This document shows, one piece after another, positions 46,472 to 56,200 of a stretch of DNA of 64,000 nt. The position numbers were made by a program, and so were the translations under genes. Each line of letters begins with the position of its first letter. Within the stretch, counting starts at the first letter, position 1. This DNA comes from a virus, in IMG/VR virus record IMGVR_UViG_3300050821_004765, positions 1 through 64,000 of that record; one strand, 5' to 3'. The notes under the pieces are model-generated. The model was not told the origin of the DNA, did no database searches, and saw only the letters and a program-made list of their open reading frames with translations.

Positions 46472-47170
46472 ATGGCTCGCTATGACAAGTATGACCCGAT
46501 CAACGGGGGATTCCGTGCTGCGGTAGCCGTTGACTTTCCCGATGGCGATCTAGGTGCTGCTTGGGGCTATGGCATTAACTCTGCCGGACAGTGTGTCAAG
46601 GGCGCAGGACAGACCGGCGTTATTGGCGTTCTGGTCGTCACCCAGAAGCCGGGTCGTGTTGGTCCGCAGCGGGAAATCACCACTGTTGACATCATGCAGG
46701 TTGGTTGCATTACGGACTTTGGGCCTTCTACCTATGGCAATGTGCCCGGTGTGAACTTTGGTAATGCCGGTACTAACTACTACAGTGACGCAAATGGCTT
46801 TATCTCGGCGAGTCAGACTGACTTGTCCGTTCAGACCGTTACGGTTGGTGCAGCTAGTGCCGGTACTTTCACGCTAACTTACGGTGGTCAGACGACCACT
46901 GCGATTGCCTACAACGCCTCTGCAGCTACTGTACAGGCTGCACTGGTTGCTTTGAGTTCGATCGGTGCTGGCAATGCGGTTGTTACGAGCCCGTCCGCTG
47001 GGATTTGGGTAATTTCCCTCTCCAACGCCTTGGAAGAGTCTGTCGCTTTGGGGGCATTTACCGGCGCAGGCTCGGGTTTGACTGGCGGAGCGTTTGCCGT
47101 TAGTAGCTCAAAGGGTGTGCTTGTTGGCTTTACGGTCGAAACTGACCGCTTGCAAGTTACGATGTCTTAA
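46472..47170 (+). CDS. Capsid decoration/minor head protein with an inserted domain
   Basis: MARYDKYDP..GGFRA...VGFTVETDRL; insert shared with the major tail protein. Confidence 0.7.
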   Translation: MARYDKYDPINGGFRAAVAVDFPDGDLGAAWGYGINSAGQCVKGAGQTGVIGVLVVTQKPGRVGPQREITTVDIMQVGCITDFGPSTYGNVPGVNFGNAGTNYYSDANGFISASQTDLSVQTVTVGAASAGTFTLTYGGQTTTAIAYNASAATVQAALVALSSIGAGNAVVTSPSAGIWVISLSNALEESVALGAFTGAGSGLTGGAFAVSSSKGVLVGFTVETDRLQVTMS

Positions 47171-47191
47171 TAAGAAGCTGAAAGGACAACA

Positions 47192-48367
47192 ATGCTGAAG
47201 GAAAGTTTGCTTTTCCGCTTCTGGGGCGGCGACGGTAACCGTTCTGGTTACATGACTGAGGGTGATATCCTCACCCATACAGTCGATGGCGTCGACCTAA
47301 ACCAGCTCTGGGCTGAGTTTATTGATGCCAATACCATCTATAACGAGCACAAGCAGGGTATGGTCGGTTTGCTGACCTACCCGGTGCTCTCGGACATTGA
47401 ACTTGTCCCCCAGATCGGTGACTTCAACTTTGAAGAGGCAACCGAGTTCGGTATCCCTCGTGGTCAGAACACCAACATCAGCTACTACCAGCTGGCGTAT
47501 GACTACAAGGACTATGACCTCAAGTTGGGCTACACCTGGAAGTTCTTGCGTGATGCCCCCGCCCAGCAGGTTGAGGCTATTCACACTAAGGCAATCCAGG
47601 CCGACCAGGCCCTGGTGTTCCGCAAGACGATGGAAGCTATTTTCTACAACGTCTCGCGAACTACCATCATCAACTCCATGCAGTACAAGGTGTCGCCGTT
47701 GGCGAACGCCGATGGTTGGGTACCGCCTAGCTACAAGGGCGTGGTGTTCGATGGTACGCACGACCACTACATCACTACTGGTGGTAGCGTTGTCGACTCT
47801 GGCGACGTTGAGGACTGCGTCAACCACCTAACCGAACACGGTTATGGTTGGGATACTGGTACCCAGATCGTTGCATTCTGCAACCGGTCGGAAATCAACC
47901 AGATCCGCACCTTCCGTTTTGGTCAGACTAACAACAACTCGGTTGTTGCGAACTTCGACTTCGTGCCGGCACTTGGCCAGCCCGCGTTGATTGTTCCTAA
48001 CGCTGAAGGTCTGTTGGGTGGTCAGGCGCCTGCGGTCTGGAATGGCCTGCGTGTATCTGGTTCTTACATGGACGTTCTGTTTGTGGAAGAGCCGCTAATG
48101 CCTCCCGGTTACATGATGTTCCTATCCACCGGTGGCGTCAACACCGACGAGAACATCGTGGGTGTGCGCGAGCACGTTTCACCGGAATGGCGGGGTTTGC
48201 GGTTGCTGCCGGGTAACCAGCAGCGCTACCCACTGGTGGATGGCTACTACATCCACGGCTTTGGTACTGGTATTCGTCGGCGTACTGGCGCTCTGGTTTG
48301 CCAGGTGTCTACCAACGGTAGCTACACGCCGCCTGCGCAGTACACCAACAACGGGGCGACTCGATGA
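47192..48367 (+). CDS. Major capsid protein
   Basis: 391 aa, strong codon bias, FEEATEFG, HLTEHGYG, GFGTGIRRR. Confidence 0.88.
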   Translation: MLKESLLFRFWGGDGNRSGYMTEGDILTHTVDGVDLNQLWAEFIDANTIYNEHKQGMVGLLTYPVLSDIELVPQIGDFNFEEATEFGIPRGQNTNISYYQLAYDYKDYDLKLGYTWKFLRDAPAQQVEAIHTKAIQADQALVFRKTMEAIFYNVSRTTIINSMQYKVSPLANADGWVPPSYKGVVFDGTHDHYITTGGSVVDSGDVEDCVNHLTEHGYGWDTGTQIVAFCNRSEINQIRTFRFGQTNNNSVVANFDFVPALGQPALIVPNAEGLLGGQAPAVWNGLRVSGSYMDVLFVEEPLMPPGYMMFLSTGGVNTDENIVGVREHVSPEWRGLRLLPGNQQRYPLVDGYYIHGFGTGIRRRTGALVCQVSTNGSYTPPAQYTNNGATR

Positions 48368-48765
48368 GCAGGGCTTCTCTGCAGGATATCCAGAACCTCG
48401 GTCGTCGTTTGACGACTGAGGAGGAGCGATACTTGCAAGCCCGTAGTCGCGGTTGGGAAATTGAGGTCAACCATCGTCAGCATCCCAAAAAGGATGACGC
48501 GCTTATTCCAAGCGATGATGAAGAATTTGTACTGACGGTTGGCGATGACGATGATGAAGCCGAAGATGCCCAGCTTGCTGCTGGCGATGACGTAGCTGAT
48601 GATGCGACCGCCAAGTACGAGCAGGCACTTGTTGCTCAAGTCAAGGGCTTGAGTGTCAAGGACTTGAAAGCTGAGTTGCAAGAACGTACCATCATCTACT
48701 CGCGTAGCGATTTGAAGAAGGACTTGCAGCTCAAATTGCTTGAGGCTGTTAGCAACGAAGCATAG
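48364..48765 (+). CDS. Protein with C-terminal HeH/SAP-like motif
   Basis: LSVKDLKAELQER.....DLKKDL. Confidence 0.6.
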   Translation: MSRASLQDIQNLGRRLTTEEERYLQARSRGWEIEVNHRQHPKKDDALIPSDDEEFVLTVGDDDDEAEDAQLAAGDDVADDATAKYEQALVAQVKGLSVKDLKAELQERTIIYSRSDLKKDLQLKLLEAVSNEA

Positions 48766-48773
48766 GGGTTACC

Positions 48774-49163
48774 TTGGCGACCCAACAGGCGATTGCATCT
48801 GTACAGCAGTATCTGCCGTCTTGGGCCAGCACATTACCTGCAAACCCTTGGACGACTGAAACTATCAGCAATACACTTGACACCAATTGTGGTGATGTGT
48901 ACAAGACAGTTCGAGCATTCTGGGTACAGCGGGTTAGCGATCTGCAACCCTTGACAGATGTTCGCGAAGCTGACAGTGGGCGTCCATTGTCCCAGAACTT
49001 TGATCATGCATTTAAGATGCTAACTTACTGGGATGCTTATCTTGAGACATCTCACGAGACCAAGTTCACCAAGATAAAGCGGCGGTACCGCAAGCCACGC
49101 CCAGGCATTCTTATTGGGGTCGACCCATTTGGCTTTGGAAGTCCGTATGCCAGGACTGATTAG
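48774..49163 (+). CDS. Head-to-tail adaptor
   Basis: Position; DVREADSGRPLSQ. Confidence 0.6.
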   Translation: MATQQAIASVQQYLPSWASTLPANPWTTETISNTLDTNCGDVYKTVRAFWVQRVSDLQPLTDVREADSGRPLSQNFDHAFKMLTYWDAYLETSHETKFTKIKRRYRKPRPGILIGVDPFGFGSPYARTD

Positions 49164-49563
49164 TATCCAGAATGCCGAACTTGCATTTGTCACGCAAGAG
49201 TATATCAACGAGCTACCAACCACGATAACCCTCACTCCGTCACGTGGCACGCCTGTCCTCAAGGCTAGCGGCGGTCACGACTATACACCGGCTACGCCGC
49301 GCGCTCCGCAGGTCTTTCGGGTCGTTCCTCGGCCCTCCCCAGCCGGGACCGAAGAGACTCAGGACGGCCCAAATTTCGTCAAAAAGTACGGCTATACCCT
49401 AGTTGGCATGCCAAATTCCATTGTAGCATTTGGAGACGTCTGGGATGAGACTACAGAAGATGGTACAAACCTTCATTACCACGTTGATGAAGTAATGCCC
49501 GCTACTGGCTGGGACTTTCGTGCCAATGTTACATGCTATGCTACGGAGCCGCAGCATGGCTAA
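49147..49563 (+). CDS. Head-to-tail stopper
   Basis: Position and size. Confidence 0.55.
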   Translation: MPGLISIQNAELAFVTQEYINELPTTITLTPSRGTPVLKASGGHDYTPATPRAPQVFRVVPRPSPAGTEETQDGPNFVKKYGYTLVGMPNSIVAFGDVWDETTEDGTNLHYHVDEVMPATGWDFRANVTCYATEPQHG

Positions 49564-50101
49564 TGTCGAGTTCAGTTGGGATACCGCAAGCTCAACGGCT
49601 TTGCAAACGAGATTCCAGAATCTGCCAGAAGAAATTGACGTAAAAATGGTCACTTTCTTGGAGCAACTCGCACCAAAAGCCGAGACAGAAATGAAAGTCC
49701 GTGCTCCTTGGCGTAACTGGACTTGGGATGCTCGAAACGGACTGTTTGTTGAGCCGGTAGTGCTCGGTTTGCCAGGCGGGGTTCGTGAATATAGCTTGAT
49801 ATTTGGCCATACTGTTGATTATGGTATATATTTGGAAACTATCGTCAATGGTAAGTATCAGATCATTATGCCAATGGTTAAAGCGACCGGCGAAACGATT
49901 ATGCAAGCCCTTGGCGGTCTTCTTGGGCCTTATGGGGCTATGGAAATTGGCGAGATTAAGCCCGAACTGTATTCTGGCGGCACCTCAGAGACTGTTGGAC
50001 GCGAAATCATGCATCTATTGCGTAATTATAAGCGCAATGTAAAGCAACACTTTGGCAACAACGCCTACTACCCGCGTGCAGCACCTAGGTGGTCGCGATG
50101 A
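49556..50101 (+). CDS. HK97 gp10-like tail completion protein
   Basis: APW...T.DARNGL, HTVDYGIYLE. Confidence 0.7.
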   Translation: MANVEFSWDTASSTALQTRFQNLPEEIDVKMVTFLEQLAPKAETEMKVRAPWRNWTWDARNGLFVEPVVLGLPGGVREYSLIFGHTVDYGIYLETIVNGKYQIIMPMVKATGETIMQALGGLLGPYGAMEIGEIKPELYSGGTSETVGREIMHLLRNYKRNVKQHFGNNAYYPRAAPRWSR

Positions 50102-50544
50102 GTAGAGCTGTTGTATTTAGTGTACTATCAAATTCCACTAAATTACAAAACCTTGGATTCACCAGTGGATATATTCTCCCCAACTATGATGGTGACCAAC
50201 GTCCCAATATTAGCATCAACCAAAACAACCCATTCTTTATGGTCTTACGCTGGGGCGCGCAACGCTTTGATCCGCGCTTCTATCGTGGACCGCGCACTCT
50301 TGACATTTGGGTGCATATGGCTCGCGAAATTAGTACAGATTATAGTCGAATTGACGCTGTGATTGAGATAATTGATCCGCTGTTAACAGGTATAATTGAT
50401 ACGCCTGGAGCCGACGGACAATCTGTTACTTCAATTGAGATGATGGGGCGAAGTGTCGATTTAGAAGACCCAGTATATCAGACACTTTGTCGTAATGCTT
50501 CTTATAAGATCATATCGAGGAACACAACTACAGGAGCTGAGTAA
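50098..50544 (+). CDS. Tail terminator
   Basis: Position; LDIWVH...DYSRID. Confidence 0.6.
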   Translation: MSRAVVFSVLSNSTKLQNLGFTSGYILPNYDGDQRPNISINQNNPFFMVLRWGAQRFDPRFYRGPRTLDIWVHMAREISTDYSRIDAVIEIIDPLLTGIIDTPGADGQSVTSIEMMGRSVDLEDPVYQTLCRNASYKIISRNTTTGAE

Positions 50545-50895
50545 ATGTCTCAACTTGTTATCCCGAAGCCAGATGTGCATTTGAATGCCAATGTAGCAGT
50601 CAACCGTCGCGCTGCCGACCCTGAGAAGGCCAAGGGCCCATTTGTCAAGTATGTGGGTATTGCATCCAAGCGTCTGATTCGCTCGGATCACTGGCGGAGT
50701 AAGGGCATCGATCTCAAAGATTCGAGTGCTTCCCACACATGGGACATTAAGAACAAGCACATGATTCCAACCTCAGAGTTTTCCAACGAGCAGCTGGATT
50801 ACTTGCTGGTCGATGATTTGCAAGCGAAGGGCGGCCATAGCTTCCTTGAAGTTGATTACAATGATGAAGGACAACTTGTTCAGGTAAAGCACTAA
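50545..50895 (+). CDS. Virion-associated protein, paralog of the N-domain of 44217
   Basis: Shared motif; RBS AGGAG. Confidence 0.65.
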   Translation: MSQLVIPKPDVHLNANVAVNRRAADPEKAKGPFVKYVGIASKRLIRSDHWRSKGIDLKDSSASHTWDIKNKHMIPTSEFSNEQLDYLLVDDLQAKGGHSFLEVDYNDEGQLVQVKH

Positions 50896-50898
50896 CCA

Positions 50899-51102
50899 AT
50901 GGACGAACCGCTTGAGATGCGGTGCAATACACTGCACGGTATTGTCAAGAACGGTTTAATCGAAATAAAGTGTCACTATATTAAATGCACCAAAGGCAAA
51001 GCGGTCAACGTATTTCACTACTTTGATCCTAAGACCGGTGATTTGGTAGATACCAAAGTCTATCAAGATCCAGTACCAAAGATGAAAGGACGCAAGCGAT
51101 GA
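50899..51102 (+). CDS. Small Cys/His-containing protein
   Basis: RCNTLHG...KCHYIKC. Confidence 0.6.
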   Translation: MDEPLEMRCNTLHGIVKNGLIEIKCHYIKCTKGKAVNVFHYFDPKTGDLVDTKVYQDPVPKMKGRKR

Positions 51103-52259
51103 CCGCTCCTGTGCCTGATCCGTTGCCGTACGGTATTCGGCAGATTATGCTCACACCGTACCTGGATGTTCAGGGCACAATGTTGAGCACGCAGAGTTAC
51201 CCCCTGCCTGTCGCTATGACTCTAGGTTTCTCTGAAACTGAACAGTTCGATGAACTTCGTGGTGATGACAAGCTTGTAGCAGTGCACGGCCGTGGCCCAC
51301 AGGTCGACTGGTCGTTGGAGTCCGGCGGTATGAATATGGTGGCCTGGTCCATTATCACCGGTGGCTCCGTTGTAGAGTCCGGTGTCGCACCGAACCGCCA
51401 GGTTGCTCTACAGAAGTCTTGGGATGACGAGCGGCCATACTTCCGCATCGATGGTCGGATCATTTCTGACTCGGGTGGTAACGTCGTGGCCCGCATCTAC
51501 CGCGCTAAGGCCAATGGTAAGATCCAGGCCAACCACAAGAACGGCGCATTCCAGACCAGCCAGATTGATGGTATCGGCCTGCCGTTGGTTAATGACGACG
51601 CTTCTTGGCTGTATGAAATTGTACAGAACGAGACCGATTCGCCCCTGTCGGGTACGCCGACCCCCAACCCGGTCCCCATTCCCACTAACGTCTATGTTGG
51701 TGTTATCACCAATACAACCGTGGCGCTGTCCTGGACTGACATCATTGAGGCGTCGCAATACCTCGTTCAGCAGTCCATCGACGGCGGAGTAACTTGGACT
51801 GCCGTGCCTGCGGGTACAAATGCGGTGCAGACGGTAACGCTTGCCAACGCGACTGGTGGTACCTTCACCCTGACGTTTGGTGGACAGACCACTGTACCGA
51901 TCGCTTATAACGCAAGCGCTGCTACTGTGCAGTCCGCTTTGATGGCGCTGTCTTCGATTGGCGCCAATAACGTTGTCGTATCGCTGACTGGTTCTGTGTA
52001 CACCGTCACTTTCGATGACGCACTTGGTGACGCAGCTCAGACCTTGATGACGGATTCGGCGACTGGCTTGACGGGTAGTTCGCCTACTATCACCATTGCT
52101 ACCGCAACTGCCGGTACTTCTGGCGGCGGTCAGCCAACCGAGCCGTTTACTACCATCACCGGATTGACTGCTAATACACATTACCAGTTCCAGGTGGCCG
52201 CGGTCGTTAACAGCGTAACTGGCGAATACTGCACCCCGGTACTTGCTTTGACTACTTAA
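51099..52259 (+). CDS. Major tail protein with C-terminal FN3 domain interrupted by an insert
   Basis: LPYGIRQI...LRGDD; VALSW...GLTANTHYQFQVAAV FN3 signature. Confidence 0.85.
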   Translation: MTAPVPDPLPYGIRQIMLTPYLDVQGTMLSTQSYPLPVAMTLGFSETEQFDELRGDDKLVAVHGRGPQVDWSLESGGMNMVAWSIITGGSVVESGVAPNRQVALQKSWDDERPYFRIDGRIISDSGGNVVARIYRAKANGKIQANHKNGAFQTSQIDGIGLPLVNDDASWLYEIVQNETDSPLSGTPTPNPVPIPTNVYVGVITNTTVALSWTDIIEASQYLVQQSIDGGVTWTAVPAGTNAVQTVTLANATGGTFTLTFGGQTTVPIAYNASAATVQSALMALSSIGANNVVVSLTGSVYTVTFDDALGDAAQTLMTDSATGLTGSSPTITIATATAGTSGGGQPTEPFTTITGLTANTHYQFQVAAVVNSVTGEYCTPVLALTT

Positions 52260-52289
52260 TAGCAATTTCAACGAGTCCAAGGAGACCAA

Positions 52290-52955
52290 ATGAGTAGTCC
52301 GATTGCCCCGCCTGGTGGCGTAATGATTGACGCCGCCACTGCTGCTACGGTAGAGCGTTTACGTGCAGCCGGTCTATTGCAGGATAGCGGTGTACAAGTT
52401 ACGCCACCGCCTATCCCCCAAGAGCCAATTAAGCCGGTGAATCCTTACGCGCCGACAGGTTGGCGCAAGAAGCAGTCCCTCGAGTTTGACTTGACATTGC
52501 CTAGCGGCCAGACAGTGCGGTTACGCCGACTCGACCGGGCTGACCTGTTCAAGCTTAGGATCATCGATCACCTTGACACGCTATTGCCTATGCTGATTGA
52601 CATGGCTGACGATACTTCATCCGATGATATCCGTGAGCAAATCAAGGACAAGTCTGGTGTGATCGGCGATATGGTCAATGCTGCCGATGTTGCTATATTG
52701 GCGTGCTGTATTCGACCGGCTGTTACCAACGACCCGAAGGCAACTTACTACGGTACAGAAGCGGAACAGGCTGATCCAAACTTCTGGCCAATTTTCCACA
52801 TTGATGATATTGACCTTGACGACAAGCTGGCGATTTTTACGGCTGTGTTCAAAGGTGAATCTGATGCGTTGAAAAGTGTTTCAAGAGCGCCGGTTAGCGT
52901 GGAACCTGTATCAACAAACCCAGTCGTATCATTGCCCACCGAGCCAGTTGATTGA
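52290..52955 (+). CDS. Tail assembly chaperone (G)
   Basis: Between the major tail protein and tape measure; LTLPSGQ. Confidence 0.8.
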   Translation: MSSPIAPPGGVMIDAATAATVERLRAAGLLQDSGVQVTPPPIPQEPIKPVNPYAPTGWRKKQSLEFDLTLPSGQTVRLRRLDRADLFKLRIIDHLDTLLPMLIDMADDTSSDDIREQIKDKSGVIGDMVNAADVAILACCIRPAVTNDPKATYYGTEAEQADPNFWPIFHIDDIDLDDKLAIFTAVFKGESDALKSVSRAPVSVEPVSTNPVVSLPTEPVD

Positions 52956-53205
52956 CATTGAAGGTGCAGCTGGTTACATTCTTGATCGAGCAATATGGAT
53001 CTTTGGTACTAATGTAGAGGCAAAGATGGCAGAGGCTGAATCGTCCGCAAGCGGTGACGCATTCCGTCGATCTGCCAGAATGCGGGCTTTCGCTCGCTGT
53101 ATGGGCGACAACATGGAGACCTCCACAGCGGGGTTCGCAAGCCCATTTGTTTCATCAGCCAAAGACTCCACAGATGATAGTGAAATTCTGATGGAGAACT
53201 TTTAA
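52873..53205 (+). CDS. Tail assembly chaperone T segment (+1 frame)
   Basis: Overlaps G by about 80 nt; ends at the tape-measure start. Confidence 0.7.
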   Translation, partial: KVFQERRLAWNLYQQTQSYHCPPSQLIDIEGAAGYILDRAIWIFGTNVEAKMAEAESSASGDAFRRSARMRAFARCMGDNMETSTAGFASPFVSSAKDSTDDSEILMENF

Positions 53206-56200
53206 TGGCTGATGAAGATCTAGGCACAGCGCATGGCCAAGTCAAGATCACCGCAGATGTCAGCGGTGCTCTTGAAGCTTCTGCTGCTATGGCGGGTCTT
53301 AATACCGAAGGCAAAACGCTCCAGGGCACACTCGGTAAAACTACCGACGAAATGTCCAGACAAGAGAAGCAGTCACAGGTTAGTGCTGCTTCACTAAGTA
53401 ATTTACAGAGTAAGCACGAAGGTTTGCGGCAACGTATGCAGGAAACTGCAGATGCTGCTGGTAAAGTCCGGCAAGCACAAGCCGATCTTGATGCAGTAAT
53501 GCTCAACGTCTCTTCAACTACAGAAGAGCAAAGGGATGCGCTTAAGAATTTAACACAAGTTAAGCGAGATGCAACAGAAGCGGAAAAAGCACAGACGCTT
53601 GCTGCAGATGCTTTCAGACGTGCCATGGATAATCACAACAATACTGTTGGCAAAAGCAGTATTGTTCAAAGAGCCTTCTCTGCAGACGCGCGTGAATCAG
53701 CACGCACTATGCGTACGTTTGGTCAATCACTTGATGAAGCTGGCGAAAAACTCCAGGAATTTGACAAGCGTAAGGATCACACTCGCGAAAATATCCGTGG
53801 CTTCCGCAGGGACTGGGAAGACATGGTTGATTCAATTGGCAAATTTGTCAAGATCAATTCGACCAAAGAAACGCTACAGGGTATTGCCGATACCATTAGC
53901 AATGTTCGTAATGCTACTTTAGGCGTTCTTGCAGGTGGCGGACTAGCCGGTGGACTAGGTTTGCTGCTTGGTGGCGGTACTGAAGGCCTAGTTGGCATGG
54001 TTGCGTCTATGACGGAGCTAGTCGGACTAGTAGGACTTCTGCCAGGTCTCCTAGCAGGAGCCGGGGCCGGTGTAGCGACCCTCGCAGTCGGGTTCCATGG
54101 AGTCGCTGAGTCTATCGGCGCCATGGGCGATCCCATGAAATTCGTAGAATCGCTACGCGAACTTGGACCTGTTACTCGGCAGGCCATGGTTGAAATCCAT
54201 AGTTTCTATGCAAGCTTCCGTGGTGCCATGGAAGAAGTGCAAGATAGTATCTTCACACCGATTTTGAATGATATCCAACCGCTAGTTATGACTTATTTGC
54301 CTATGCTTATGCATGCAGGGCAAGAAATTGGCGCCGTCTTCGGTCAAGCTGGGCATCTATTTGCAGCTTGGTTGGAAACTCCAGAGACTGTACAAACTAT
54401 TCAGCAGTTCTTGCACAATGTAGCCGGTGGTTTGCAAGCCGCACTTCCTGCAGTCCAGGCATTCTCCAATGCGTTCCTGACTATCAGTGCCGTTGGCGGG
54501 GGATTCTTTCAGCAAATTGGTGAATCAGTTGCAGCAGTCGCCAAAGAATTTAACGCTTTCATAAGTAGCGCTGCACAAAGCGGTAAACTACAAGAATTCA
54601 TTCAGTATGGTATTGATTCCTTTAAAGTCTTGATGACTAACATCAAAGATGTTAGTGAAGCACTATTCAATATATTCTCAATTGGCAATCAATATGGCGG
54701 TGGCTTCTTAGAGCTTTTCCGCAATATCGGGCAAGAGTTCCTTAATTGGACTAAGTCTATTGGCGGCCAACGAACAATCGCTGACTTCTTTCAAACAATT
54801 ACGGAAGCCGGTAAAGCACTTCACCCAATTCTTCGTGAAGTTGGCAGTGGACTGGCCACTGTTGTATCTAGCATAGTTCACCTTGGTACAGATATTGCAC
54901 CGAGTATTAATGTATTCTTCAAGGATCTAAATGATGCACTGAAGATTCTTGGTCCGGCATTGATACAATCTGCTCCGGCATTTAGCGAATTTGTTGAAGC
55001 TATGGGGCGTTTGGTATTAGGTGTAGTACAAGCACTTGGGCCGAACTTACCAACATTCCTTAAGAACTTTGCTGACGCCGCTATTAAATTAGTTGGTCCG
55101 GCCACTGAATTGGCTGGAGCGCTCGGCGAACTACTCGGCAAATTAACGCCCAAAGAAATTGAATTTATTATTGGTGCTGTAGGTGCATTTAATGCACTGG
55201 GTACAGTTATTCCAATCGTTACAGGCGCTGTTGCATTACTAGCCAATCCCGTTGGCCTAGTAGTTGCAGGTATTGCTGCCCTTACTGCTGGTCTTGTTTA
55301 CTTCTATGAAAACAATGATGGCTTTAAAGAGTGGGTGGATGATGTTAATGCTGGCATCGATGAATTACCAGATGCGCTTAGTAAAGTGCCTAGTTTCTTT
55401 GAGAGTATGTGGGATACTGTTACGAAATTGATTAAGGGTTGGTGGGGCGATGTAAGTAATTGGGGTGAAAAGCTTGCCGATGATTTTGCAGCTGGCATTC
55501 GCAGTGGTTTAACTACGGTAGAAGATGCCGTCAAGGACATGTTCGGCATACCAGTATCCCATGGCAAACCGGGCTCGCCTACTGAAGAGGGACCACTTTC
55601 AGATACTTGGTCTGATACATGGGGCGCACAATTTAGTCATGACTATGCATCCGGTATTGCATCGGGGCAAGGTGAAGTAGCGGCTGCAGCAAGTGGCGTA
55701 GCAGGTGCAGCTAAAGATCAATTTAGTACATCAGGAAATACAGTCGCTGTTGGTGGAGAGTATCATGCTGGCAGCTCTGGTTTTGACCAATGGATTAAAC
55801 GATTAACTTCAGATATGAAGGCAGTATCTAATATTGCCCATGAAGTTATCAGCACCGGTCTTGGTGCAGCAAGCGATGTGCTTAAAGGCGTAAAACTCTT
55901 TGCCGAATTGTGGAAGGGTGGCGTCAACCCATTGACTGCACCTGGCGGTTTTGACCAAGGTGATAAACCGCTAATTCCACAAGCAGCATACCAAGGTCAA
56001 TTCGATGTACCAAATGTACCAAAGGCGAGTCCATATGGACAACTAAGCGCTACGGATACCACAGTGCCTGCGACAGGCAGCGGACCGACCACGGGCACTT
56101 ATGTACCGCCCAGCGCTAAAGGACCGGCAAGCGATACGCCGCCAACAACACCAGTCGCGCCTACAGGTGGAGCAGTCGCGCCCGCTGGTGGACAAGTTGG

